Assembly: GCA_036400935.1 (NCBI GenBank)
Contig: DASWWW010000001.1
Coordinates: forward strand, 118,375-182,374
From: Minisyncoccota bacterium
GTDB lineage: Bacteria > Patescibacteriota > Minisyncoccia > Phycocordibacterales > UBA6065
Direction of reading: 5' to 3'
Length of the DNA stretch: 64,000 nt
Each line of letters opens with the position of its first letter. The stretch's first letter is position 1. Below are positions 54,211 to 64,000 of the stretch, piece after piece. The notes beneath the pieces were generated by a model. It searched no databases, had not been told where the DNA came from, and saw only the letters and a list, made by a program, of their open reading frames with translations. The position numbers and the translations under genes were made by a program.

Positions 54211-54684
54211 ATGCAATCGCTCAATGTCGACAACATCGTTCAGCGGCCGTTTTGGTCGCTTGTGTATAGCGTCGCTTATCCCTTGGCGGAACCGGAGGCG
54301 GGCGAACCTCTTCCCAGGCTTTGGCTCATGGCAAGAGCGCTTGCCTTTGTGGCCGCGGGAGTGTGGCTCGCCCTCATGATAATCTGCATTGTCGCGGGCG
54401 CGGCTCTCTTGGGCAGGTATCCGGCCATCATGGGGAGGAGCGATGGCCACCTTTTCTCCCGCTACTGGCTTCCGCATATCAATGGCATCCGCTTCTTGCC
54501 GATCTATATTCTGCCGCTGATTGCCTTGATGGTCTGGCCGCACGCCATGTTTCATCCTGACGAGTTTCAGGACGCGCGAACGGCCATCGGAGGCGTGGTT
54601 ACTCTTATGGCCTTGGCGGGCGGGATTGCCGCATTGGTTAGGATGAGCAATTGCTCATCCTCGAACTGGCCCGCCGGCCGGTAA
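54211..54684 (+). CDS. hypothetical integral membrane protein
   Basis: It has four hydrophobic segments. The start is taken at the internal Met at 54211. Confidence 0.4.
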   Translation: MQSLNVDNIVQRPFWSLVYSVAYPLAEPEAGEPLPRLWLMARALAFVAAGVWLALMIICIVAGAALLGRYPAIMGRSDGHLFSRYWLPHINGIRFLPIYILPLIALMVWPHAMFHPDEFQDARTAIGGVVTLMALAGGIAALVRMSNCSSSNWPAGR

Positions 54685-54715
54685 TCGCACCCCTGCCCAG
54701 GGTGTTTTTTATTTT

Positions 54716-55354
54716 CTACAGCTCCGTCTCTTTGCCCAATTCGAGGGCGATGAACTGGATGCCGGCTTTCGGCAGGAAGATTCCAGGGAGGCGGACGGTG
54801 ATTCCATTCTGTCGGACGAGGTTCCCGTCATGTACGGGGAAGGCGACGCGGGGTTTTACATCAAGGACGTAATCCATGGCCTCGGAAATCTTGCACCAAG
54901 GAGCGGTGACGGGGAAAGCGAGGATATCGACAGGGGATTCCGGCTTGTAGAAGGCGTCGCCCGGATAGAAGAGCTTGCCGTCAAAGAAGTAGCCGGTGTT
55001 CTCGACCTGCTCGTAGTCGGTATAGATAGGAGCGTGCTTGAGCCCTTCGCCCGAGATGGCGACGCCTTTCACCGTCGTGCTCTGCTTGTGAGCGACGCAT
55101 GTGTAGGGGATCGATTCCTTCTCGAGGATCTTGCCGACAGATGCGTTCGATATGACGACGGCTCCCGGATTGTTCTTGAGCACGGTCTTGAGCGACTCGA
55201 CGTGGAGGTGGTCGGTGTGCTCGTGACTCACGACTATGCAGTCGATATTCTTGGCCTCGTTCTGGGCGGTCGTATACGAGCCTGGATCGGTCAGGAATCG
55301 CGTTCCGCGGATTTCGATCACCAGGCAGCAGTGTCCAAGTTTTGTTATTTTCAT
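54716..55354 (-). CDS. MBL-fold metallo-hydrolase
   Basis: The VSHEHTDH motif is present. Confidence 0.75.
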   Translation of the reverse strand: MKITKLGHCCLVIEIRGTRFLTDPGSYTTAQNEAKNIDCIVVSHEHTDHLHVESLKTVLKNNPGAVVISNASVGKILEKESIPYTCVAHKQSTTVKGVAISGEGLKHAPIYTDYEQVENTGYFFDGKLFYPGDAFYKPESPVDILAFPVTAPWCKISEAMDYVLDVKPRVAFPVHDGNLVRQNGITVRLPGIFLPKAGIQFIALELGKETEL

Positions 55355-55492
55355 ATTTTAATTATAGCAAAGTAGATGGCCGGCTGGTCGGCGATGGGCG
55401 CCGTCGGAGCACTTTTCTCGTCATGGGTGTTTTGTAGTAAAAAATACTACAAAACCCACTAGGCAGAAAAAACAATAAGCTTGACCGTAGTT

Positions 55493-56317
55493 CTACGCCC
55501 GAATCGGCTCGTCCATGAATCCTTCTTTGACGAGGCTATCGATATTTTTATCAACATCGTGCTCGGTTTTGCCGATATGCGCGATTATTTCGGCGCGAGT
55601 GGGCGCCGCTGCTCCCGCCTGCGTTTTGGCTAGTACGAGTTTCAGGATGCGCGAGCGCACCTCGCGATTCGATCCCTTGAAGGAGGATTGTCGCGCGTGA
55701 TGTGCGCTTTTGCGCGACGGGTTGGGGAGGGTCTGTTTCAAATGCACTCCATAGTCCATGAGCGCGTAATACCAGTCGCGAGGATTCTTTTGGTCGAGAG
55801 TTTCCTCGATAAGTGGCATGAGGTCGCGATCATGGATTCTCGTTGAGTCGCCGAAAAAGTGATGTATGTATATCGCCCTGATATTCGTCTCTATGAACGG
55901 GGTGGGCAGGCCAAAGGCGAAAGCCATGATGGCGCCTCGGGTGGATTGGCCGATTCCGGACAGCGACTCGAGCTCGTCGGCCATTTTTGGGAATTTGCCG
56001 CCGAAATCGCGCATGACTGTCTCGGCTGCTCGCTTCAGATTCAAAGCGCGGCGATTGTATCCAAGACCTTGCCACATTTTCAGTACGTCAGGGACCGACG
56101 CGTCGGCGAGCGCCGCTGCTGTGGGGAATTTCGCCAGAAAATCGGACCACTTCGTAGTGACTCGCGACACCTGCGTCTGCTGCAGCATGATTTCCGAGAC
56201 GAGAATCTCGTACGGGTCGCGCGTCTTCCTCCACGGCAAAGAATGGCGGCCATTCTTCTCGTAATAGTCCCAAATCGTCTCTTTGAATTTCGCGATAGCG
56301 CGCTTTTGTGGATTCAC
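55493..56317 (-). CDS. HhH-GPD family DNA glycosylase (MutY/Nth-like catalytic domain without the 4Fe-4S Cys cluster) with a C-terminal wHTH-like tail
   Basis: The N-terminal region (PYEILVSEIMLQQTQVSRV) and an HhH-GPD loop are present. There is no C-x6-C-x2-C-x5-C motif. Confidence 0.65.
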   Translation of the reverse strand: MNPQKRAIAKFKETIWDYYEKNGRHSLPWRKTRDPYEILVSEIMLQQTQVSRVTTKWSDFLAKFPTAAALADASVPDVLKMWQGLGYNRRALNLKRAAETVMRDFGGKFPKMADELESLSGIGQSTRGAIMAFAFGLPTPFIETNIRAIYIHHFFGDSTRIHDRDLMPLIEETLDQKNPRDWYYALMDYGVHLKQTLPNPSRKSAHHARQSSFKGSNREVRSRILKLVLAKTQAGAAAPTRAEIIAHIGKTEHDVDKNIDSLVKEGFMDEPIRA

Positions 56318-56343
56318 GCGTTTTACTATATCCTTAATAGCCT

Positions 56344-58101
56344 ATGAAAGAAAAGACTGAAGAGAAGAAGGCGGGACGAAGGCGGGGGCCGTCCGGTCCG
56401 AGCATTTTCGCCATATTGAAGCCGTACAAGGGCCTCATTCTGATTCTCCTTGCGATCACGGTCGCAGGCAATGCGCTCCAGCTCGTCGTGCCAAAGCTGA
56501 TCTCGCGAGGCATCGATACGTACGCTGCCGGATCGTTCGATATGAGTGCTCTCTCCATCCAATTCACGGCCGTTGCCGTGGCGATTTTCATCTTTACCTA
56601 CCTGCAGGGAATCATGCAGACGTACGCCGCCGAAAAAGCGGCTCGAGATATGCGCAACAACCTCGCGGCCAAGATCGCGGATTTCAGCTTTTCGCGATTG
56701 GTCCAGGAGACCGAGGCGAAATTGCTCACCAATCTCACTTCCGACATCGATGCGGTAAAGACGTTCATCTCGCAGGCCGTGGTGATTCTCATCTCGTCTG
56801 TTGTGCTCATCGTCGGATCGGCGATACTCCTTATTATGAGCAACTGGAAGCTCGCCCTCGCCGTACTCGCCATACTGCCGCTCATCGGCCTCATGTTCTT
56901 CTTAGTATTCTCGCGCCTCGGGCCGCTTTTCAAGAAGTCGCAGGAGGTTATCGACCGCCTCAATGCCACGATCAGCGAGAGCATCATCGGGGCGGCGCTC
57001 GTGCGCGTCTTTAGCTCCGAAAAGAAGGAGCTCGAGAAGTTCGGAACGGAGAATGCCGCTGCTCGTGATACTGGCCTGAAGATCCTCAAGATTTTCTCGG
57101 TCGTCATTCCGACTATCGGCATCATCGCGCAGCTTGCCATGCTCGTCATCCTCGCCCTCGGAGGAAAGTTCGTCATAGCGGGGGACATGAGCCTGGGAGA
57201 GTTCACGGCATTCAACAGCTACGTTGGCATTCTCATTTTCCCGATCATCATGATGGGCGTGGTTTCCAATATCATTTCCCGCGCGCAGCAGTCGTACGTC
57301 CGAATCGCCACCGTGCTCAATATGCCTGCTGAAAAGGAGACGGGCACTATCGATCGCGTGGCCAAGGGCGATATCGAGGTTCGAAATCTCGATATTTCGT
57401 TCGGGGACAAGCATGCATTGAAGGACGTCTCGTTCTCTATAAAAGCGGGGACCAGGAACGCTATTATCGGGCCGACGGCGGCGGGCAAAACGCAGCTTCT
57501 CTATGCGCTTATCGGCCTTGCTCAGCCTTCATCAGGCGAGGTCCTCTATGATGGCAGGCCTTTGACCGAGTACAAGAAGGAGGCCATCCATTCGCAGGTC
57601 GCGCTCGTGTTTCAGGACAGCGTCATGTTCAATCTGAGCCTGCGCGAGAATATCGCCTTTAGCGCGACGGCGAGCGAGGCAGACCTGAAGAAGGCGATAG
57701 AGACTGCGGAGCTTTCCGATTTCGTCGCGTCATTGCCACAGGGCCTCGAGACGTCGGTTTCGGAGCGCGGCACGAGCCTTTCCGGAGGCCAGAAGCAGCG
57801 CGTCATGCTTGCCCGAGCGCTTTCTATCAATCCGCGCGTGATTCTGCTCGATGACTTTACCGCTCGCGTCGATCAGGCGACCGAAAAGAAGATCCTCGCC
57901 AACGTCGAGAAGAACTATCCGGGCATCACCATCGTTTCCGTCACCCAGAAGGTCCGATCGGTCGAGCATTTCGACAATATCGTCCTCCTCATGGAGGGGG
58001 AGGTGCTGGCGCAGGGAACTCATGCGCAGCTGTCGGCATCGTCGCCCGAGTATGCCCAGATAATCGAGTCGCAGAAGAGCACTCACGCTTATGAAAACTA
58101 A
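56344..58101 (+). CDS. ABC exporter, fused permease and ATPase subunit (heterodimer partner 1)
   Basis: It has 6 TM segments plus a Walker A and the LSGGQKQRVMLARAL signature. Confidence 0.9.
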   Translation: MKEKTEEKKAGRRRGPSGPSIFAILKPYKGLILILLAITVAGNALQLVVPKLISRGIDTYAAGSFDMSALSIQFTAVAVAIFIFTYLQGIMQTYAAEKAARDMRNNLAAKIADFSFSRLVQETEAKLLTNLTSDIDAVKTFISQAVVILISSVVLIVGSAILLIMSNWKLALAVLAILPLIGLMFFLVFSRLGPLFKKSQEVIDRLNATISESIIGAALVRVFSSEKKELEKFGTENAAARDTGLKILKIFSVVIPTIGIIAQLAMLVILALGGKFVIAGDMSLGEFTAFNSYVGILIFPIIMMGVVSNIISRAQQSYVRIATVLNMPAEKETGTIDRVAKGDIEVRNLDISFGDKHALKDVSFSIKAGTRNAIIGPTAAGKTQLLYALIGLAQPSSGEVLYDGRPLTEYKKEAIHSQVALVFQDSVMFNLSLRENIAFSATASEADLKKAIETAELSDFVASLPQGLETSVSERGTSLSGGQKQRVMLARALSINPRVILLDDFTARVDQATEKKILANVEKNYPGITIVSVTQKVRSVEHFDNIVLLMEGEVLAQGTHAQLSASSPEYAQIIESQKSTHAYEN

Positions 58102-59878
58102 TATGAATTACTCTCTTTCAAAGGATCAGGAGGACAAGAAGGTTCCGCTTAAGGCGGCATTCCTGAAGATGGCGCCGATGCTCTCGGACGAGAAGGCGAA
58201 GCTCGTCGTGTCTTTTATTATGGTGCTTCTCAACTCGGGCCTCGCCCTTGTCGGCCCATTGATGGTCGGATACACCATCGATACCGCTATCGCTAACGGC
58301 GACTACGGCGCGGTGCTCGTGAATTCGGCGATCCTCCTCGGCATATACCTTGCTGCGTACGCGACGAGCTACATCCAGATGAAGACCATGGGAGGCGTGG
58401 CCCAGAGGATGCTCTTCAAGCTCCGAAACGAGGTGTTCGGAAAGCTCCAGAGCCTGCCGCTCGCATTCTTCAACCAGAACAAGGCCGGCGACCTGATCTC
58501 GCGCATCAACAGCGACACGGAAAAGCTCAATATGTTCTTTTCCCAGGGCCTCATGCGATTCGTGGGCAATATCGTGCTCACGGTCGGCGCGGGAGTATTC
58601 ATCCTCTTCATCAATTGGAAGCTCGCTCTCGCGGCATTGATCCCGGGAGTCGTCATCATCATATTCACTCAGGCTATGAGCCGTTGGGTAAAGAGCGCCA
58701 ATGCCAAGAGCCTTTCGGCTACCGGCCTCTTGTCCGCCGAGATCCAGGAAAGCATCGCCAATTTCAAGGTCATCCTGGCATTCAATCGCCGCGACTATTT
58801 CAAGGCGCGCTTTGGCGAGGCTAACCAGAAGAACTACAAGGGCGCTCTCGGCGCGGGCATGGCGAACGAATTGTTCTCGCCGGTATACGAGCTGTGCGGA
58901 AATATCGCGCTCCTCATCGTCCTCGGCTATGGCATCAGCCTCATCGCCCAGGGCCAGTTCGCAGTCGGCCTTTTGGTGAGCTTCGTGCTCTATGTCACGC
59001 GATTCTACGACCCTCTCCGCGAAATGGCGCGACTCTGGTCGATGTTCCAGGTCGCTATGGCCGCATGGGACCGCATCGGCGTCATCCTCCATATGGAATC
59101 GAATCTCATCGTCATCGAGGAATCGGCTGCGCACAAGAAGTCGACGCATCCTGATGCCGTCATGGAGTTCAAGAATGTCTCGTTCGGCTACGATAACGGC
59201 AAGAAGGTCCTGAACGACATCAACTTCACCTTCGAGAAGGGCAAGACGTACGCGCTCGTCGGCCCGACTGGAGGGGGCAAGACAACGACGGCGTCGCTCG
59301 TATCGCGACTCTTTGACCCGACTGAGGGAACGGTATTCTTGCATGGCAAGGATATCCGCTCGTACAGCCTACCTGACCGCGCGCAGAAGATTGGATTCAT
59401 TCTGCAGGAGCCTTTCATGTTCACGGGAACCGTTCGCGAGAACCTCCTATACGGCAATCCGCATTTCACCAAGGATGCGGCGGGGAATGGCGCGGATCTC
59501 GAAGCTCGTCTCAAGGAGACCGGGCTTGATTCGCTCCTCTCACGCTTTAGCAAGGGTCTCGACACGCCGATCGGCGCTACCACAAGCCTCTCGCTCGGCG
59601 AAAAGCAGCTTATCGCATTCATCCGCGCCGTACTGCGCAAGCCCGACATCCTCATTCTCGATGAGGCGACTGCTAATATCGACACTGTGACCGAGGAACT
59701 TTTGCAGACCGTGCTCGACAAGCTGCCAAAGGAAACCACCCGCATCGTCATCGCGCATAGGCTCAATACTATCGAGAACGCCGACGACATCTTCTTCGTA
59801 AACGGCGGGGAGGTCGTCGAAGCGGGATCAATGGAGCATGCCGTGGACATGCTTTTGCACGGCAAGAGGAAGAGCTAG
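58091..59878 (+). CDS. ABC exporter, fused permease and ATPase subunit (heterodimer partner 2)
   Basis: It has 6 TM segments plus Walker A (GPTGGGKTT) and a signature motif. It overlaps the upstream gene by 11 nt. Confidence 0.9.
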   Translation: MKTNMNYSLSKDQEDKKVPLKAAFLKMAPMLSDEKAKLVVSFIMVLLNSGLALVGPLMVGYTIDTAIANGDYGAVLVNSAILLGIYLAAYATSYIQMKTMGGVAQRMLFKLRNEVFGKLQSLPLAFFNQNKAGDLISRINSDTEKLNMFFSQGLMRFVGNIVLTVGAGVFILFINWKLALAALIPGVVIIIFTQAMSRWVKSANAKSLSATGLLSAEIQESIANFKVILAFNRRDYFKARFGEANQKNYKGALGAGMANELFSPVYELCGNIALLIVLGYGISLIAQGQFAVGLLVSFVLYVTRFYDPLREMARLWSMFQVAMAAWDRIGVILHMESNLIVIEESAAHKKSTHPDAVMEFKNVSFGYDNGKKVLNDINFTFEKGKTYALVGPTGGGKTTTASLVSRLFDPTEGTVFLHGKDIRSYSLPDRAQKIGFILQEPFMFTGTVRENLLYGNPHFTKDAAGNGADLEARLKETGLDSLLSRFSKGLDTPIGATTSLSLGEKQLIAFIRAVLRKPDILILDEATANIDTVTEELLQTVLDKLPKETTRIVIAHRLNTIENADDIFFVNGGEVVEAGSMEHAVDMLLHGKRKS

Positions 59879-59934
59879 CCGTCAGGCTCTTCCGCTAGAA
59901 AAACAGGTGCCGGTATGATATTGTCTTTGCACAC

Positions 59935-60024
59935 GGAGACGTGTCAGAGTGGTCGAACGTACCTCTTTGCTAAAGAGGCATACCCTTTAAAAAGGTATCG
60001 AGGGTTCGAATCCCTCCGTCTCCG
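59935..60024 (+). tRNA. tRNA-Ser (anticodon GCU) with a long variable arm
   Basis: The fold is acceptor GGAGACG/CGTCTCC, anticodon stem CCTCT/AGAGG with loop TTGCTAA, variable arm ATACC-CTTTAAAAA-GGTAT and T-arm GAGGG-TTCGAAT-CCCTC. Confidence 0.8.
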
Positions 60025-60028
60025 CAAG

Positions 60029-60062
60029 ACAAACCGCGAAAGCGGTTTTTGTCTTGCGGAGA
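60029..60062 (+). terminator. terminator hairpin after tRNA-Ser (GCAAGACAAACCGC-GAAA-GCGGTTTTTGTCTTGC)
   Basis: A long stem is followed by a T-run. Confidence 0.65.
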
Positions 60063-60283
60063 CGAGCGGGCGCAGTGCGCCCGCGTGAGGGATTCGAAGC
60101 CCGATTGAGATTTTATCGAGCTGTCCTCGGCGAAGGTAAAATCCAATCGCGGGTACTGGCCCTGTAAGGGTCGAATCCCTCCGTCTTTTGACAAATCCCT
60201 ACTCGGGTGTAGTATGAAACCGTAAATCTTTCGTCTAATTTTTATGCCTATTCGGGCATGACGAATAGATCCAGAACCTTCAA

Positions 60284-60883
60284 TTGGAGGATCCTATGAC
60301 GTCATCGTCATTTCTAGCGTCAGCTCCCACGACCGCCCTTCAAACGCCTTCTTCCAAGCACCGCCTGGTGCTCGGTTGGACGCCTACCCAGGAGGTCATC
60401 CCCGCAGTGCCCGGTGAGTTCTATGCCTATCCGGCGGACTTTACCAAGACGCACCCGCTCTATCCGCTCCTCAAGTGCAAGTCGAACAAGGCCCGCGCCA
60501 TTTCCGACGCCGCCGGCCTCGGCAGCGAGGCCAATCTGGTCTTTCATCCCGATACCGCCCAATGGGCGCGTGTCAGCACGGCCAAGATCGAGCTGGCCCA
60601 CGGCCTGTTCCGCGCCATCGCCAGCCAGCCGTTCGGCGATACGTGGATCAAGGCGATCAACATGTCGCCTGACGAGTTCTACGGCATTTGCCAGCGCCGC
60701 GACGCGGCTTCGCTCAAGGAGATCTGCCAGGAGGCTTGCGCGCAGCACGAGGTGCACGCCGATCTCCAGCGCGGTACCGTGGTCGCCATGATGACTGACG
60801 GCGGCAAGTACGGCCTCTTCCTCGTGACCGAACTCACGCCCGAGTTGGTCGCCATCGACGCTTGCCACGTCCTTTTGCCCTAG
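60284..60883 (+). CDS. hypothetical protein; markedly more GC-rich than its neighbours
   Basis: The ORF shows GC-rich codon usage and lies directly downstream of tRNA-Ser and a tRNA-like remnant. Confidence 0.45.
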   Translation: MEDPMTSSSFLASAPTTALQTPSSKHRLVLGWTPTQEVIPAVPGEFYAYPADFTKTHPLYPLLKCKSNKARAISDAAGLGSEANLVFHPDTAQWARVSTAKIELAHGLFRAIASQPFGDTWIKAINMSPDEFYGICQRRDAASLKEICQEACAQHEVHADLQRGTVVAMMTDGGKYGLFLVTELTPELVAIDACHVLLP

Positions 60884-60970
60884 GCAGAAGGCATCGCAGC
60901 GCACTGCTGAGACAACCTCTCTGCAGTTTTTTATTTTTAAAAATATCAGTACGGGTATACAATAATCCGC

Positions 60971-61957
60971 ATGAAATCAATTTACCCAGAAAGGCTTAAA
61001 AAAGGCGATAAAATCGTAGTAATAGCGCCGTCTAACTCGTGGAGCTTCGCTTCGGAGGAGGTGGGCCGCATCGCGCGTGAGAGATTCTCGGACATGGGAA
61101 TCGAAGTGTCTTTTTCCAAAAATGTGAACGAGACTGATGAGTTTGACTCATCGAGCATCGAATCAAGGATCAGCGATTTGCATGCGGCTTTTTCTGACAA
61201 GAGCGTAAAGGGCATAATCGCGGCATATGGGGGTTTCAATACGAACCAACTTCTGCGCCACCTAGACTGGAAGCTCATAAAGAAGAATCCGAAAGTGCTT
61301 ATCGGCTACTCCGATATAACCGCTTTGCAGAATGCGATATATGCCAAGACCGGTCTAGTCACATATTCCGGACCCCTCTATTCGACATTCGGCCAAAAGC
61401 TCTATTTCGATTACACGCTTGAACACTTCAAGAAGTGCGTGCTGGAGGACGGCGAGTTTGGCATCCTGGCGAGCGCGACGCGCAGCGACGACGGCTGGCT
61501 TGCGGATCAGGACAAGCGCAAGCTTCTCAAGAACGACGGGTGGCTCGTAATCAATGAGGGATCGGCGAAAGGGAGGATCTTGGGAGGGAATATCTGTACG
61601 ATCAATCTTCTCCAGGGCACTGAATATATGCCCGACATCGCAGGCTCGATCCTGTTCCTCGAGGATGACGCTGATTCCAAGGCGGTAAATTTTGACCGCG
61701 ATCTTCAGTCGATTCTGCACCTTCCGGATTTCCGCAAGGTAAAAGGTCTCGTGATCGGTCGATTCCAGACCAAGAGCGCGATAACGGATGAGCAGCTGAT
61801 CAAGATCATCAAGACAAAAAAGGAGCTCGAAAACATACCTGTATTGGCAAACGTCGACTTCGGGCATTCGGAGCCGATGATCACGTATCCGATTGGTGGG
61901 GAGGCGGAGCTGGTCGTTTCGAAGGAGAGGTCCGTCTTGCGCATCATCAAGCACTAG
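60971..61957 (+). CDS. ldcA: LD-carboxypeptidase (peptidase S66, muramoyl-tetrapeptide carboxypeptidase)
   Basis: It has the GDKIVVIAPS... motif, the nucleophile region IGYSDITAL and the S66 length. Confidence 0.8.
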   Translation: MKSIYPERLKKGDKIVVIAPSNSWSFASEEVGRIARERFSDMGIEVSFSKNVNETDEFDSSSIESRISDLHAAFSDKSVKGIIAAYGGFNTNQLLRHLDWKLIKKNPKVLIGYSDITALQNAIYAKTGLVTYSGPLYSTFGQKLYFDYTLEHFKKCVLEDGEFGILASATRSDDGWLADQDKRKLLKNDGWLVINEGSAKGRILGGNICTINLLQGTEYMPDIAGSILFLEDDADSKAVNFDRDLQSILHLPDFRKVKGLVIGRFQTKSAITDEQLIKIIKTKKELENIPVLANVDFGHSEPMITYPIGGEAELVVSKERSVLRIIKH

Positions 61958-61962
61958 CCTTA

Positions 61963-62523
61963 ATGAAAAAAGTCTTCATCATCCACGGCTATAACGGAAC
62001 TCCCAATGGGAGCTGGCTTCCTTGGCTCATGGGAGAGCTCAAGAGGCAGGGTGTCTATGCCTGCTCGTTGGCTATGCCTACGCCGGCAGATCCTGTTTGC
62101 TCCGAATGGGTCAAAGAGATCGCGAGGCACGTGGATCAGTGCAAGAACGACGATGTCTACCTCGTCGGCCACAGTCTTGGGGTTGCCGCTATTCTTAATT
62201 ACCTTCAGTCGGATCTCGCTACGCATGTCATCAATGGGGTGGTCGCGGTCTCGGGCAGGTGTATAAAATCAGACAATCCCAAAACCGCAGGTTTCTATGG
62301 TGATTTCGATTTTGAAAAGATAAAGAAATCCGCTGAGGCATTCGCTGTTATCCATGGAGATAATGATCAGATCGTCCCATTCGCGAACGGCGAGAAGCTT
62401 TCTGTCGCCCTTGGCGTGCCTCTGATTGCCATAAAGGGCGGAGGCCATTTTACTGGATCCGAAGGGTGCTATGCGCTGCCTCAGGCCTTTGAGGCGCTCA
62501 AAACCATACTTATAGGCAAATAA
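61963..62523 (+). CDS. alpha/beta-hydrolase, YdeN/RBBP9-like serine hydrolase
   Basis: It has the IIHGYNG motif and a GHSLG nucleophile elbow. Confidence 0.75.
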   Translation: MKKVFIIHGYNGTPNGSWLPWLMGELKRQGVYACSLAMPTPADPVCSEWVKEIARHVDQCKNDDVYLVGHSLGVAAILNYLQSDLATHVINGVVAVSGRCIKSDNPKTAGFYGDFDFEKIKKSAEAFAVIHGDNDQIVPFANGEKLSVALGVPLIAIKGGGHFTGSEGCYALPQAFEALKTILIGK

Positions 62524-62526
62524 TTT

Positions 62527-63267
62527 ATGATTCTCAAAAACAAAATCGCTCTTATTACCGGAGCTTCAAAAGGAATAGGTGCAGCAACAGCAATAGCCTT
62601 CGCAGGGGAAGGTTGCTCGGTCATCATAAACTTCAAATCCGATGAGAAGGGCGCACGGAAAGTGCTTAAGGAGTGCGACGCCCTCTCAAAAGGCAATATC
62701 GTCATGCGGGCTGATATTTCTAATGAAGAAGACGTGGCTAGGATGTTCAAGGAAGTCGGCCAGAAATTCTCATATCTCGACGTTCTCGTAAACAATGCGG
62801 GAATTTTTGACGAGTCAGACAGTTACTCAAATCTCGCCGCTTTCGACAATATTTATAAAAACAATTTCCTTGGCTGCGTAATGGTGACCAGGGAGGCTAT
62901 TCCGCTTATGAAGGAAGGGAAGATCATCAACGTATCGTCCATAAACGGGCGATTGGGCCAGGGAAGGCCCCGATCTATCGCGTACTCGGCGTTCAAGGCG
63001 GCACTCGATAGCTATTCGGCAAACCTCGCCAAGGCTCTCGCTCCGAAAATCCTCGTAAACACGGTCGCTCCGGGTCGCGTCGCTACGCCTATGTGGGGAA
63101 GCCCTGATGCCGAGGAGCAGGATGAGCTCGGCCAGGTACACCTGACGAAGCGCATGATCCAGCCGGAGGAAGTAGCCGATGCAATTGTGTTTTTGGCTAA
63201 GAATGACGCGATGTGCGGCGAGGTCCTCACAATCGATGGCGGAATGAATCTTAATATTATCGACTAA
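62527..63267 (+). CDS. short-chain dehydrogenase/reductase (FabG-like)
   Basis: It has a TGASKGIG Rossmann motif and the YxxxK catalytic pair. Confidence 0.85.
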   Translation: MILKNKIALITGASKGIGAATAIAFAGEGCSVIINFKSDEKGARKVLKECDALSKGNIVMRADISNEEDVARMFKEVGQKFSYLDVLVNNAGIFDESDSYSNLAAFDNIYKNNFLGCVMVTREAIPLMKEGKIINVSSINGRLGQGRPRSIAYSAFKAALDSYSANLAKALAPKILVNTVAPGRVATPMWGSPDAEEQDELGQVHLTKRMIQPEEVADAIVFLAKNDAMCGEVLTIDGGMNLNIID

Positions 63268-63268
63268 T

Positions 63269-63940
63269 ATGAAACTCCTTCTCACGTCAGCTGGTCTTTC
63301 GAATTCATCAATAGCAAAAGCCTTAATCGAGCTAGTCGGCAAGCCCGCCTCCGCGACGAAAATCGCCTTTATTCCTACTGCCATGAATGTCGACGGCGGA
63401 CATAAGGGTTGGTTTATTAAAGATTTGATTAACATCGACAAGCAAAATTTTGCCAGCGTCGATATCGTGGATATTTCCTCACTGTCCCGCACCATCTGGG
63501 AACCACGCCTCAGGGATGCCGACGTGCTTTTCTTTTCGGGCGGCAATACGACGCACCTTATGCGCTGGATAATCGAGTCAGGCTTGAACGAGCTGCTCCC
63601 TGAATGGATGAAGACGAAGGTGTGGGCCGGCATCAGCGCGGGGAGCATGGTGACGAATCCGAATCTGTCGTTCAGCAGTGGAGATAACAAGATATATTAT
63701 GCGGAAGTCCCTGGGTACAAGAGCGAGAAGGCTCTTGGATTCGTGGATTTCTATGTCCGCCCACATTTCAATTCGCCGGATTTTCCTAATGCCAACAAGG
63801 CGTATCTGACCGAGGTGGCAAAGGACATCAAGGGCACTATCTATGCGCTCGACGATATGTCTGCGCTGAAAGTCGTCGATGGCAAAGTCGATATCGTCAG
63901 CGAGGGAGAGTATCTCGTGCTGAATCGGGCGCCAGCCTAG
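63269..63940 (+). CDS. peptidase S51 family (dipeptidase E/cyanophycinase-like)
   Basis: The S51 fold motifs (LLLTSAG...GGNT..L......G.SAGS) are present. Confidence 0.7.
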   Translation: MKLLLTSAGLSNSSIAKALIELVGKPASATKIAFIPTAMNVDGGHKGWFIKDLINIDKQNFASVDIVDISSLSRTIWEPRLRDADVLFFSGGNTTHLMRWIIESGLNELLPEWMKTKVWAGISAGSMVTNPNLSFSSGDNKIYYAEVPGYKSEKALGFVDFYVRPHFNSPDFPNANKAYLTEVAKDIKGTIYALDDMSALKVVDGKVDIVSEGEYLVLNRAPA

Positions 63941-64000
63941 CCGACAAGATCCCTGATGAATCGTTTCGTGTCCTCTACTTCCTTTACGTGGACGCAGTAT

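Noticed and set aside
1-64000. CRISPR array
   Set aside because: No series of regularly spaced identical direct repeats of 24-48 bp with unique spacers was seen. The repeats found are isolated inverted repeats (terminators and operators) or protein-coding tandem repeats.

Overview
This 64 kb window looks like a streamlined, probably monoderm, CPR/Patescibacteria-like bacterium; that lineage call is an inference from gene content, not a database hit. It is centred on the main ribosomal-protein supercluster (tuf-rpsJ ... rplB ... rpsS-rplV-rpsC-rplP-rpsQ-rplN-rplX-rplE ... rpsZ-rpsH-rplF-rplR-rpsE-rplO-secY-adk-map-ndk, about 4.7-23.8 kb). The cluster is interrupted three times by non-ribosomal genes. 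It has no rpmC (L29) or rpmD (L30) in their usual slots. It contains a roughly 740 bp structured non-coding island with its own promoter. Flanking and downstream genes are dominated by secreted or cell-surface proteins: PPC-like 'NDDW' repeat proteins, proteins with PG_binding_1 domains, and three large secreted proteins that share novel repeat modules. There is a two-gene sortase locus preceded by an atypical LPDTG protein. Other recognisable genes are rplT-rpmI-infC, an XRE repressor plus membrane protein, a CcdA-thioredoxin-MsrA-MsrB envelope methionine-repair cluster, YibE/F, a ZIP transporter, a delta-9 fatty-acid desaturase, a PadR-PspC/DUF4097 module, smpB plus tmRNA (ssrA), ftsH, recG, a MutY-like glycosylase, a heterodimeric ABC exporter pair, a beta-CASP RNase, a UvrD/HelD-like helicase, tRNA-Ile(UAU) and tRNA-Ser(GCU). 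The gene just downstream of tRNA-Ser is noticeably more GC-rich and the tRNA is followed by a tRNA-like remnant, which suggests an old integration site. Most intergenic regions carry clear sigma70-like promoters (TTGACA-16/17-TAnnAT) and rho-independent hairpin terminators. The most promising candidate for an undescribed system is the cell-surface sortase locus together with the novel shared domains of its putative substrates.
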